Positions 1-10,605 of a stretch of 64,000 nt of DNA are shown here, one piece after another. A program made the translations under genes and the position numbers. This DNA is from Perkinsela sp. CCAP 1560/9 (taxonomy: Eukaryota > Protista > Euglenozoa: Kinetoplastea), in assembly GCA_965644495.1 (NCBI GenBank), contig CBFFSA010000012.1:1-64000 (forward strand), given 5' to 3'. Numbering within the stretch: the stretch's first letter is position 1; each line of letters opens with the position of its first letter. Under the pieces are notes generated by a model. The model was given only the letters and a program-made list of their open reading frames with translations. It was not told the origin of the DNA and did not search any database.

Positions 1-174
1 GATCACCGAATAACTTATTTTGTCACAGTGTTGTTCGTCATCATGATTAAGCAGATAATTACGTGTGTTCTTTGATTGACTACATACGTACTTCCACTCT
101 TCTGATGTTAGTAATGCCCCGTTTTTTTGTAAATCTTCAAAACGAACTATTGCAGGAGTTTTTTGAATTAACAT
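1..174 (-). CDS. 5' part of a bacterial hypothetical protein running off the window start
   Basis: Manual translation from the ATG at 174 gives 58 open codons (MLIQKTPAIVRFEDLQKNG...HCDKISYSVI), with AGGA upstream. It is divergent from the nucleotidase gene. Confidence 0.5.
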   Translation of the reverse strand, partial: MLIQKTPAIVRFEDLQKNGALLTSEEWKYVCSQSKNTRNYLLNHDDEQHCDKISYSVI

Positions 175-489
175 TATGTATATCCTATGGCTTTTTCATA
201 GTATGATAATTGTTGATAGTGCTTGCATACAAATAGGTACAATGATATTAGTTATTATTGATTAGTATTAAAAGAGTTCAAATTATATATTGAACTACTT
301 TATCGTTCAATGTTTTTCGCTTTAGATTCGCATTAGAATAACGTGATTCTCAACTTTTTTAAGTTATTGAATCTGATACCTCATAAAGGTGTATTTTCAG
401 AAATACCATTTTGCAGACCCAATAAAATCAATGGGTTGCAAAATAAAGTTGAGAATAGCGTTAGAATAGTTATATTGGAGCCTATTGTT

Positions 490-1419
490 ATGTCACGCAC
501 TCACTTACCCAATTCAATTGATAAACAACTCGTCATTGGGATTTCATCGCGTGCCTTATTTGATTTAGATCAAAGCCATCAAATCTACGAAGAACAAGGG
601 TTGGATGCCTATCAACAATTTCAAATCGATAATGAAACCGAATTATTGCAACCTGGAGTTGCTTTTCCGTTAGTAAAAAAGTTAGTCAATGTGGTACACC
701 CTGATACCGGTGAGCCATTAGTCGAAGTCATTTTATTATCGCGTAACAGTGCTGATACCGGACTACGTATCTTTAATAACATTGAACATTACGGATTGAA
801 TATCGTACGCGCTGCATTCACTAATGGCCAAAGTCCTTATCATTACATTAGCGCCTTTAAGACTGCATTATTTTTATCAGCACACCCACACGATGTCGCA
901 CGTGCAATTCAAGCCGGGGTTGCTGCCGCCACCATTTTACCATCACGTAATATCAGCGAACATGATCACCCCGACATTCGCATTGCATTTGACGGCGATG
1001 CTGTTTTATTTTCTGATGAAGCCGAAAAGATTTTTCAGCAACATGGTTTAGATGCCTTTGCCCAAAATGAAAAAGCTGCTGCTGATCAACCGTTAAGCGC
1101 TGGCCCGTTTAAAGGATTTTTAGCTGCCTTACACACCATCCAATCGGTTTTCCCTATCGATACTTGCCCAATTCGTACCGCATTAGTCACAGCACGCTCA
1201 GCACCGGCGCATGAACGCGTGGTGAAAACCTTACGCACTTGGGGAGTGCGCATCGATGAAGCGCTATTCTTAGGCGGACTCACTAAAGGTGATTTTTTAC
1301 GCGCTTTTGGGGCTGACTTTTTCTTTGATGATCAACCTGGCCATTGCCAAGCTGCTAGCCAACATGTAGCCACTGCCCATGTGCCGCATGGCGTCATTAA
1401 TCAAGTAGAAATAGATTAA
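490..1419 (+). CDS. Bacterial 5'-nucleotidase (cN-I-like, PF06189 type)
   Basis: Motifs ISSRALFDL, LLSRNSADTG, IAFDGDAVLFSDE, LVTARSAPAHER and FFDDQ. Start moved to ATG 490 because GGAG lies at 477-480. Confidence 0.92.
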   Translation: MSRTHLPNSIDKQLVIGISSRALFDLDQSHQIYEEQGLDAYQQFQIDNETELLQPGVAFPLVKKLVNVVHPDTGEPLVEVILLSRNSADTGLRIFNNIEHYGLNIVRAAFTNGQSPYHYISAFKTALFLSAHPHDVARAIQAGVAAATILPSRNISEHDHPDIRIAFDGDAVLFSDEAEKIFQQHGLDAFAQNEKAAADQPLSAGPFKGFLAALHTIQSVFPIDTCPIRTALVTARSAPAHERVVKTLRTWGVRIDEALFLGGLTKGDFLRAFGADFFFDDQPGHCQAASQHVATAHVPHGVINQVEID

Positions 1420-1452
1420 TATCATTAACTTACCTAAAATTGATTAAGTAAT

Positions 1453-1499
1453 ACTTGAAGTATCAAGTTACTTTAGATAAAGTGCTTGCACTTTCAAGT
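1453..1499. promoter_or_regulatory. Two copies of a dyad operator-like site upstream of the L,D-transpeptidase
   Basis: ACTTGA-agta-TCAAGT (1453-1468) and GCTTGC-actt-TCAAGT (1484-1499). Geometry is MarR-like; the regulator identity is inference. Confidence 0.45.
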
Positions 1500-1551
1500 T
1501 ATTCTTTATGTTTTTGTAGCAAAAACTCCAAGATGGGGTTAGTAAAAAATA

Positions 1552-2064
1552 ATGATGATAAATAAAATTACGATTAACGCCTGGATATTAATAACACTTT
1601 TATTAGTTTCTTTTGTAACCACCAGCGCTTCTGCAACGGATGTCATGGCTGACCATGTGGTAATCAATAAACGTCAGCGTCGTTTAATACTGTATAAGAA
1701 AGGAAAATTATTAAACAGCTATCCAATCAGCTTAGGACGTGATCCGTTCAATCCAAAACGCCAACGTAATGATAATCGCACGCCTGAAGGTGAATATCTT
1801 ATTACTTTCCATACCCGTCAGAGTCGTTATACTGCCGCGATTGGTATTTCTTACCCCAATGCACATGATAAAACACGCGCACGTGTTTTGGGCGTTGATC
1901 CAGGCGACCAAATTGAAATTCACGGTATGCCACCCGATCGATCATTACAACAGCGTTTGCGTGGTAAGGATTGGACGGCTGGTTGCATTGCCTTGGCTAA
2001 TCACCACATGAATGACGTGTATCGACGCACTCAACAAGGCACTCGGGTTACCATTCTTCACTAA
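1552..2064 (+). CDS. L,D-transpeptidase (YkuD family) with signal peptide
   Basis: Hydrophobic N-terminus ending ASA, RTPEG, catalytic IEIHG...WTAGCIAL. The 3' end overlaps convergent pyrD. Confidence 0.9.
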   Translation: MMINKITINAWILITLLLVSFVTTSASATDVMADHVVINKRQRRLILYKKGKLLNSYPISLGRDPFNPKRQRNDNRTPEGEYLITFHTRQSRYTAAIGISYPNAHDKTRARVLGVDPGDQIEIHGMPPDRSLQQRLRGKDWTAGCIALANHHMNDVYRRTQQGTRVTILH

Positions 2065-3145
2065 CACTTATTTCATCAACATGATTTGATTGGTTAGCAA
2101 ACACGGCACGCGTGTTATCTTGTTGCAATAACGGTTGCAATGCATGGATAACATCCGTAATCAATTGCGGACCTTGATAAATTAATCCCGTATATAACTG
2201 TACTAAACGGGCACCCGCATTGATTAATGCCGTTGCTGCATCGCCATTAACAATGCCACCCAATCCGATAATTGGTACCTTGTCGCCTAGATAATAATGC
2301 AATTGTTTAACAAAGCGTACACTTAAATCAATTAACGGTGCCCCACTTAATCCACCTGCTTGTTCAGCGATTGCCTGTGATTGCAAACGTGGGCGCTGCA
2401 ACGTGGTGTTGGTTGCCACAACCCCATCGATCTCATGACAAATTAAACGCTCCGCAATAAAGGCTATTTGTTCTTGATCCAAATCGGGTGCTAATTTGAT
2501 TAGCAATGGCACGTTACGCTGATGCAGTTGACGTAATTGTTGCTGTGTTTCAATCAACAAACTTAACAAATGATTTAATGAATCACCATGCTGCAACTCG
2601 CGTAACCCAGGGGTGTTTGGCGATGAAATGTTTACCGTCACATAGCTGGCATAGGGATAAACACCTTGCAAACATGTTTGATAATCATGGTGGGCTTGTG
2701 CTAACGGTGTATCAGCATTTTTACCGATGTTAATCCCTAAAATACCTTGATAACGCTTTTGTTGTAAGCGTTGCAATAGATATGGCAACCCTTTACTGTG
2801 AAAACCAATACGATTAATCAATGCGTGTTGATCAGGCAAGCGTATAATACGGGGTTTACGGTTTCCTGGCTGGGGACGCGGTGTCACCGTGCCAATTTCT
2901 AAAAAGCCAAACCCAAATCGCGCTAATGTATCGATATAATCACCATGGCGATCAAAACCGGCAGCTAATCCAACTGGGTTAGGGAAACGCATACCCAATA
3001 ATGTCACTGGTAAATCAGGTGGCGGTAATTGTAATTGACGCAGTAATAATGTTGGCGCTAATTTAGCTAAGCGCAATGCAGCATAGTGCGCTCGTTCTGG
3101 TGATAAACAAAATAATAAACGGCGAAAATAGGGATATAAATCCAT
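2048..3145 (-). CDS. pyrD: Quinone-dependent (class 2) dihydroorotate dehydrogenase
   Basis: NPVGLAAGFD, GTVTPRPQPGN, NIGKN, catalytic NISSPNTPGLR, KLAPDL, GGLSGAP, VQLYTG. AAGGT RBS upstream. Confidence 0.96.
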   Translation of the reverse strand: MDLYPYFRRLLFCLSPERAHYAALRLAKLAPTLLLRQLQLPPPDLPVTLLGMRFPNPVGLAAGFDRHGDYIDTLARFGFGFLEIGTVTPRPQPGNRKPRIIRLPDQHALINRIGFHSKGLPYLLQRLQQKRYQGILGINIGKNADTPLAQAHHDYQTCLQGVYPYASYVTVNISSPNTPGLRELQHGDSLNHLLSLLIETQQQLRQLHQRNVPLLIKLAPDLDQEQIAFIAERLICHEIDGVVATNTTLQRPRLQSQAIAEQAGGLSGAPLIDLSVRFVKQLHYYLGDKVPIIGLGGIVNGDAATALINAGARLVQLYTGLIYQGPQLITDVIHALQPLLQQDNTRAVFANQSNHVDEISVSEEW

Positions 3146-3160
3146 CAGTCTTACCTTACG

Positions 3161-3278
3161 TTAAACCGTACATGTACGTGCCCAAACCCGTAGCATGGCA
3201 TTGCCACCTTGTTGAAATTCATAATCAACCTGTTTGACTTCAATACCAAATTCACGTTGTTGCAGTGCAAGCATCACT
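3161..3278 (-). pseudogene. 3' fragment of a bacterial class I SAM-dependent methyltransferase, cut at the bacterial/eukaryote junction
   Basis: C-terminal EVKQVDYEFQQGGNAMLRV resembles a YEFQxGGNxML methyltransferase tail as I recall it. The upstream part of ORF 3161..3352 is repeat DNA. Confidence 0.6.
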
Positions 3279-4117
3279 ATCACCCGATTTTTACCTAAAA
3301 ATCGGCTATATTTGGTTATAATCTTTCCCTTTTCTTCAGCCTTCCGGGCCAATTTTTCTTTTGTAGGCTATTGGAACGCGGTGGTAGTTCTTTTTTAGGC
3401 TCTTCGTTAAACGCGGTGGTTGTTTTCAACTTAGAAGTCACTCATGCTGCGCGCTTCGCGTGGAAAACTGGCACCGCGTTTAACGAAGAACCTAAAAAAT
3501 ATATTTGGCCTGGAAAGCTGAAGAAAAGGGAAAGATTATGGCCAAAAATAGCCGTTTGTTTTGGGTAAAAATCGGGTCATTTTTTGGGTATTTTTGCTCT
3601 CAGAGCACTAGATCCGACATTTGCGCGTGGGAAATCACTCGTAGGCATGAATGAAAGCCTACCGAACGTATTGGGTAGAAGTCGGATTTAGTGCTCTGAG
3701 AAAAAAAATACGCAAAAATCACCCGATTTTTATCTAAAACTCGGCTATATTTGGCTATAATCTTTCCGTTTTCTTCAGCCTTCCGGGCCAATTTTTCTTT
3801 TGTAGGCTATTGGAACGTGGTGGTAGTTCTTTTTTAGGCTCTTCGTTAAACGCGGTGGTTGTTTTCAACTTAGAAGTCACTCATGCTGCGCGCTTCGCGT
3901 TGAAAACTGGCACTGCGTTTAACGAAGAGCCTAAAAAATATATTTGGCCTGGAAAGTTGAAGAAAACAGAATGATTATGGCCAAAAATAGCCGTTTGTTT
4001 TGGGTAAAAATCGGGTCATTTTTTGGGTATTTTTGCTCTCAGAGCACTAAATCCGACATTTGCGCGTGGGAAATCACTCGTAGACATGAATGAAAGTCTA
4101 CCGAACGTATTGGGTAG
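3279..4117. repeat. Tandem duplication (439 bp period) of a near-palindromic foldback element
   Basis: 3279 onward is repeated at 3718 onward. The complete unit 3681-4057 has long inverted arms (GTCGGATTTAGTGCTCTGAG...CTCAGAGCACTAAATCCGAC; inner CTCTTCGTTAAACGC/GCGTTTAACGAAGAG). The first copy is left-truncated. Confidence 0.9.
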
Positions 4118-4399
4118 GGAATGCAACTCCAACGACACCATTTTTTCGACACAAAAAGGCCCTTTGGGGTCCGAAAAATACTTTTTCACCTCTTTTAGTC
4201 AAAAATGGGTCATTTTAAGTGGCGCCCCACGGCTCGAAGGAGGGGTATCTTGCGAAAACAACTGCGGAAAAAGCTAGTATAGGTCCCAAGCTCCTTTTTT
4301 CCTTGATTATAATTTTCCTTGATTACTGTGTTCCTCTTTATAGTTTCACTGTTTTTGTTCACTTTTTTTTCAATAATCGAGGGTAGAGCGGTAATTATA

Positions 4400-4737
4400 C
4401 AACCACCGCAATAAAATTCTAGCGTGTTTGTGAGTCGAGTGATCGCTTTTGGCCCAAGTCCACTCTCCGTTGAGATCTGTAACCGGCTATTTCCAGAAGC
4501 GATGCCGTATAAAACTTTAAAAAGCTGATTCGCGGTGCGCCCATGTGCGGCCGTCAGAAGAGGTTCCAAAAAATATGTTTTGCCGCGGCACCTTCTACGA
4601 TCGGAACACAACCAATGTTCTTCCTTAAGATCACATACCCGCGGCTCATGACCTTTGGAATAAGTAACAGCCTGATACATAAGAGCATGATTTTGTATCC
4701 ACGATATGATGCTGTCTTCCGTTGCCAAACAAAGCAA
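4400..4737 (-). pseudogene. N-terminal remnant of a Merlin/IS1595-like transposase
   Basis: IISWIQNHAL..(Y)SKGH..HWLCSDRRRC Zn-ribbon-like segment followed by HTH-like LQISTESGLGPKAITRL. No DDE core remains. Confidence 0.5.
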
Positions 4738-5580
4738 GGTATAAGACTACTTATCGGTACATGAAAAATCAGAGCAGCCCGGGCAATCCATTTAGGGTAA
4801 AAAAGAATAGGAAAAGTTGATGATAATCTACTAAACTTATCTCAGATTGCGTTATCTCAAAGATACAGTTCCTGTACCTTGTTGGTACTTTTTACTAGCT
4901 CTTCTTTCTCCCCGGAAACGGGTATGTATACTTTACTCAACATGCCCGTTTCCGGGACCCGCCTTCGCCGCTGAAGCTGTCCCTCTTTTTCGTTCGAGTA
5001 GGGGCCGCCTACTCGCACCTCCTGTGCAGCCGGTCACTCCCGGCCGAACGCCCCCGCCAGGAAGACGCCAGGAAGCTTAACCCCTTCCTGCAGTGGACTA
5101 CTGGTGCTCCGCCTTCCGGCTTTTCTCCTTTTCCGCCTGGCCTCTCCAGAAGGATATGCGCCTCGGGCCCTTAATACAGTAAGCCCAGGGCGTCGCCTGT
5201 CGCACTGCGCGCTTTCCCTCATGACGGAACGTCCTCCTCTCTGCGAATGTAATGCTGTTTGCGCGGCACAAGGAAAGAGCATTTTGGGAAAAAGTTGCGA
5301 GTTTTTCCTCCGCGCAAGGCGTATCCACACCACATGCCGCACGACGTGCCACACCCCTCATCATACCACCTGACATCTCATGACCCTTCTAGGCCTCTAC
5401 ACCTCCATCGGCTCTCTCCTGCCCCGCGAAATTTCTCCGGGTCCACCCACCGATCTGTCTACCGCGTGCCTTCCTGGGCATGAAACACTGAGAAACATAA
5501 TATAATTTAGTTAGCATTAGCTGATCCACCCTGTATACACAGGGATAGTGTTTATAGTACTATAAACGAAGTTTATAGTG

Positions 5581-5762
5581 CTGTCCCCCCCGTTTAAGCG
5601 CACCTCGTTTTCCGCGAAAAGTGCGCTTAAACGGGGGGGTCTGAATCACTACATAAAAAAAAAATTGGCGCCGCTTCGCGGCGCCGGGAACCTTCCTTCA
5701 ACTCTATGTGCGCTTAAACGGGGGGGGGGGGCTGACCGGGTGCGCATAAAGGGGGGGGACAG
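5581..5762. mobile_element. MITE A (182 bp)
   Basis: TIR CTGTCCCCCCCGTTTAAGCGCACC / GGTGCGCATAAAGGGGGGGGACAG, flanks TG/TA, internal GTGCGCTTAAACGGGG repeats and a GGCGCCGCTTCGCGGCGCC hairpin. Confidence 0.8.
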
Positions 5763-5797
5763 TACCATAAATTTTCTTGAAACACTATAAACTATTA

Positions 5798-6123
5798 CTG
5801 TACCCCCCCCCGTTTATAATAGCCTCGATTTTGCCCAAATGAACCCATAAACGGGGGAGGGCGATGGAAGATTAAAGTTGGCACAGAAATCGTCCTACAT
5901 TTTGGAGCGAGGATCCAGGAATTATTCAATCGCTAAGTGGTCCCCGGCGATCTGCCAAAGTAAAATATCCAGCACCACCCCGCGCCATACCTCGCAGAAC
6001 TATGAGAAAATATCAAAGTTTAAGACGGTGCAAGAAAATAAAATAAAAAATCTTCCCCGGTTTGCCAAAAAAAGAACCTATAAAGGGGGGGGGCGAGGCT
6101 ATTATTAACAGTGGGGGGTACAG
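5798..6123. mobile_element. MITE B (326 bp), TA-flanked
   Basis: TA|CTGTACCCCCCCCCGTTTATAATAGCCTCG ... CGAGGCTATTATTAACAGTGGGGGGTACAG|TA. Confidence 0.85.
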
Positions 6124-6353
6124 TAATAGTTTTAGGGACCTCTGGTTTCAAGGCCATTAAAAACACCTTCCGCGTGTATGTGTGTACGTACACGTGTAAG
6201 TTAGCCACTTACACACTTTTTTGGTAACCCGTTTCGTAACAGGTGTACAGCAAAAAAATATTTATATGTACTTACCAAACGAAACTAGTAAAATTTAATA
6301 TAGTGTTTCATCTGATTACATTCTTTCCTGACTTTCATTTCTCTTTTTGCTTT

Positions 6354-6712
6354 ATGGGAAAGCGATTTCGCGTAAGCAGACACGGACACACACAGACGAA
6401 TTCACAGCCAACGGAGGAGAATGAGTCTCCAACAGGAACTTCATCAGCCGCGGGTCTGAGTGTCTCGGAGCGGAGCGAAGAACGCACGTCTCTTCGCATT
6501 GCAATAGGAGCTCCGCAACCAACCCCCGTAGAGCAGAGAATTTCAAATTGCACCATTCCTACACCAGAACGAAGGCCACGACATCGAATGTCGGAAAAAC
6601 TTTTGTCTGAACATTTCAAGCTTGAACAATGTTGTGGATCTCCTGACAGCTTTTAATTTAAAAGAGAAATTGCTTTACATAAAGCCCAATCTTCAAGATA
6701 TCCCAAACCTGG
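6354..6712 (+). pseudogene. Probable N-terminal fragment of a hAT transposase related to the 61954 element
   Basis: S/T-rich N-terminus, then RMSEKLLSEH...*...QSSRYPKP aligning loosely with RISTKFFRER...YAEKYPRP. Internal stop at 6654-6656; a pyrimidine tract precedes the ATG. Confidence 0.4.
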
Positions 6713-6997
6713 CTGTCGCGCATCCCAAAAGAGGCGGCGTAATGGCACGCCAGAAAATAGAGTTGTACTAACCCAGGTTGAGGACTACATTGTCAATTTA
6801 GCCACGGATATCGATGAATGCTAAACCTTTTTCGTTTCATTGTTCACTTATACTTTTGACTATCTCAAAAAAGACCTACACCGGTCCCACTATTTTCGAC
6901 CGCCTGGCACCAACCTCCAGGTTGGCTTGTCGGCCACCCCCGCCATTGCAGAGGGTGTGGCCGAGGGGGTCACCACCAGCGACCTTGCAAAAGCCCT

Positions 6998-7068
6998 CTG
7001 TGGGTAACACTGGGTAGCACAGGTTGTACTGGGTAACACAGCGTACACAAGATCACACTGGGTAACTG
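6998..7068. repeat. Cluster of four short (C)TGGGTA(A/G)C repeats
   Basis: tgggtaacac, ctgggtagcac, ctgggtaacac and ctgggtaact, just downstream of the minus-strand hAT fragment. Possibly subterminal repeats. Confidence 0.55.
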
Positions 7069-7069
7069 C

Positions 7070-7723
7070 AGAATCTCCAGTGCTGACTTGTCGACTACTG
7101 TACTACTTACTTAACCCTGAAAGTCACGACTCGCATTGCGTTACTACAGAAGGAAGCCAAATCCAATGTTTCGCTGCCCGGTACACTGCCGGAAACATTG
7201 TCCGCCCGATGTCCTCCCACCACACGTGCTCGTTCGTGTGCTTGACGGGGCTTATGTGATAATTAGCTGTAACAAAAGCATTCCAAGCAATCTCAGTAAT
7301 GCCGAACAAATCTTCACTCTCATCTCGGCAAAATAGGTTGTTGGCGCGATGCACTGATAAGGGACTAGCGCCCCGTACGCGCAAATAATTCACTATGCAT
7401 ATAGGAGAGAACCACATAACGTCCTGCCAAATCTTCATGTCGTGGTTTCTCTCAAGCCGGCTCCAATTTCGTTCAATGGCATCACTCAATCCAGATGGGG
7501 CATTTGGAGAAGCAGCAGTCTCACGAAGCAGTTCGAACATTGGAAAAACGCGTGTCGCAGTTCGTACCCGCTTTGAGTCTGAAAAACGGCGAAGGGCTGC
7601 GTGCAATTCCTTACATTCGCTTAAAAACAACTTTCCTTCCTCTCGCAACTCTTCATGACCGTGGACCCGAATCAGTCGAGCGCATTCCGCAACCGATTTA
7701 GATGCGCGTTCGTTTTCCAGTTC
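7070..7723 (-). pseudogene. C-terminal remnant of a hAT transposase (dimerisation domain)
   Basis: ELENERASKSVAECARLIRVHGHEELREEGKLFLSECKELHAALRRFSD aligns with ELENPRVCQSVRKCADLIAREGVDNLATSAKYFLEELAPIQKALQKFSD at 63.8-64 kb. hAT-like WW..FPAV..AA..LPS..CES* tail with in-frame stops. Confidence 0.85.
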
Positions 7724-8949
7724 TTAGTAAATAACCGTATAGATTTGTTACTAACCGTAAATTTCATTCAGATTTCCTCTCCAACTACGTCCGGATTCAT
7801 GAAGCCTCGCCTTCGCCTTCTACGTCCCTGCCCCCCACCCCCCCCCATTCCACACTCCGCATTCCTGTTCTTGCACTGTAGTTCTTGCACTGTGTGTAGG
7901 TACACCGCACCGAGACCGCACCGAATCCCCACCCGCAGCCCCTCACATGTATCCTATTCTAATACCTCAATCATAAATCTAATACAAATTTGTTGATCTT
8001 TCTGACGATTTATCCGTTAATCGTCTATCGCTTTCCTGAAGGATCAACATCTTCGCTGCACTCCTCCGAATCACGCTGTTGCTTGTTATTCCGCGGGACG
8101 TATGTCGAACCCTTACTTTGATACTCATCCCATGCGTGTAATAAGTTTTTTCAGGAGCTTGACAGATAAATTGGCGCTCTACTGCGGAGTATGCTTTGTG
8201 TGGCCTTGTGCCAATATCAGCGACATTTTCTTCACTTCTCATATCACACATAACGATTCTTCCTTCGAACTCACTTACGTAGATTACTTCTTCATCGATT
8301 GGAGTCTCGCGCGAATAACCTTCCGCTGCTGCGCGCCCGGCCACGGTGCTGTCCGTTCCGATGACTATGGACTGGAACTTGTTTGTGACAGCGATTTCCA
8401 TGACCTTTTTTATAGCAAACGACTCAACTGCAGCTGTTTCCATTTTGACAGGGACCTGAAAACCTCATATTTTCTGGGCATGTGCCGTATCTCACGATCG
8501 CTCTGGTGTGACATCGGCTGTGGCAAAGAGGACCGAATTTAGGCATTTAGGTCCTTTAATCTAAAGGACAATTATTTAAATTAAATAATTGCCAGTCTCT
8601 CGGGCACTGGTTCTCGCGCAGCGTCAGTAGCGCCAGATTTTTGGCGTTTATCATATCTTTGTCCGCAACACGCTTCTCGTCCCAGTTGCTGACTTGGTCA
8701 AGGCTACTCTGAGCTTTCGAGAGTCTGCCTAGTCGGTGCCTCGGTATGCCGAGGACGGCTGATAGCTGTCGGATGTAGCCTGCAATGCTGAACAAGTTTC
8801 TTAGGGTATTGCTCATCGGTTTCGTTAGGATGGAAGCCCACTTTTTCGCTACTTTTTCGGGATCCGCAGTCCAGGATAAAGCTCCATCTTTTTACATAAA
8901 CCTGATTCCCGTAGACGAAATCGCATGACGCTTCTTCCCGCTTCATATA

Positions 8950-9820
<871 letters not shown>

Positions 9821-10605
9821 TATTTAAGGCGAGTATTCGCTAGATGAAAGTTACGTTTCATGCGTTTTTCCTACCACATGAGATCTGCGGCGGTGCTCAT
9901 AATTAGAATTGAGTCTATTTGTACCGTGATAAATCCCCCATTTGGTAGGGAGACGAAAGCGGGGGCTTCTGCCAGTGTATTTACATTATCTTCAATGTTT
10001 GGTCGCTGGTCGTTTTCTCGGGACAGGAGAATAATACTCCACACCAGGGCTTGCGCTCTTCCGTATGCATGTCTGTAGCCCATGGGTAGTACCTTGGGGG
10101 ATAGAACTTCATGGTCTAGTCGGATACAGCAGGCTCGTCCCAGATCATGTGAGATGGGAATTTGATAGTAGCAGTTTTTTACGTCTGCGTGCAAATTTCG
10201 AAACTTTTTTGTGGCACAGTCCCCAATTTCCACGAGCCGCGCTACTAACTCCTGGATGGATGGTAACTTGAACGGAACACGAATATCAAGACAGTGATCG
10301 TTCGTCCATCGTAGATCAAATATTGCCCGTGTTTCATGATTATCCTTCATCATAGCGGTGTACCAACCCATAGCGGTTGCATCACTGAGCGGGATTTTTT
10401 TGAAAAAAACGGTTTCCTTGGAAGTCCCCACCTCCGACCAAGCACTCTATCATAGAGTGCTTATATAGACTATGTACGCCCTAATAGCGACATCGATGAA
10501 AAAGGTCCATTTCTCCATAATGTTTTACGAATTAATGATACATTGAATTGTGTGCACTGTACTTCAAATCGTTTCTTAGAATACTTTACCAGTCAGTCCT
10601 TTATC

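Noticed and set aside
343-489. N-terminal extension of the nucleotidase ORF
   Set aside because: The RBS and family motifs indicate a start at ATG 490.
4850-5480. GC-rich stretch with several short ORFs
   Set aside because: No recognisable protein or RNA motif; probably a transposon relic but unsupported.
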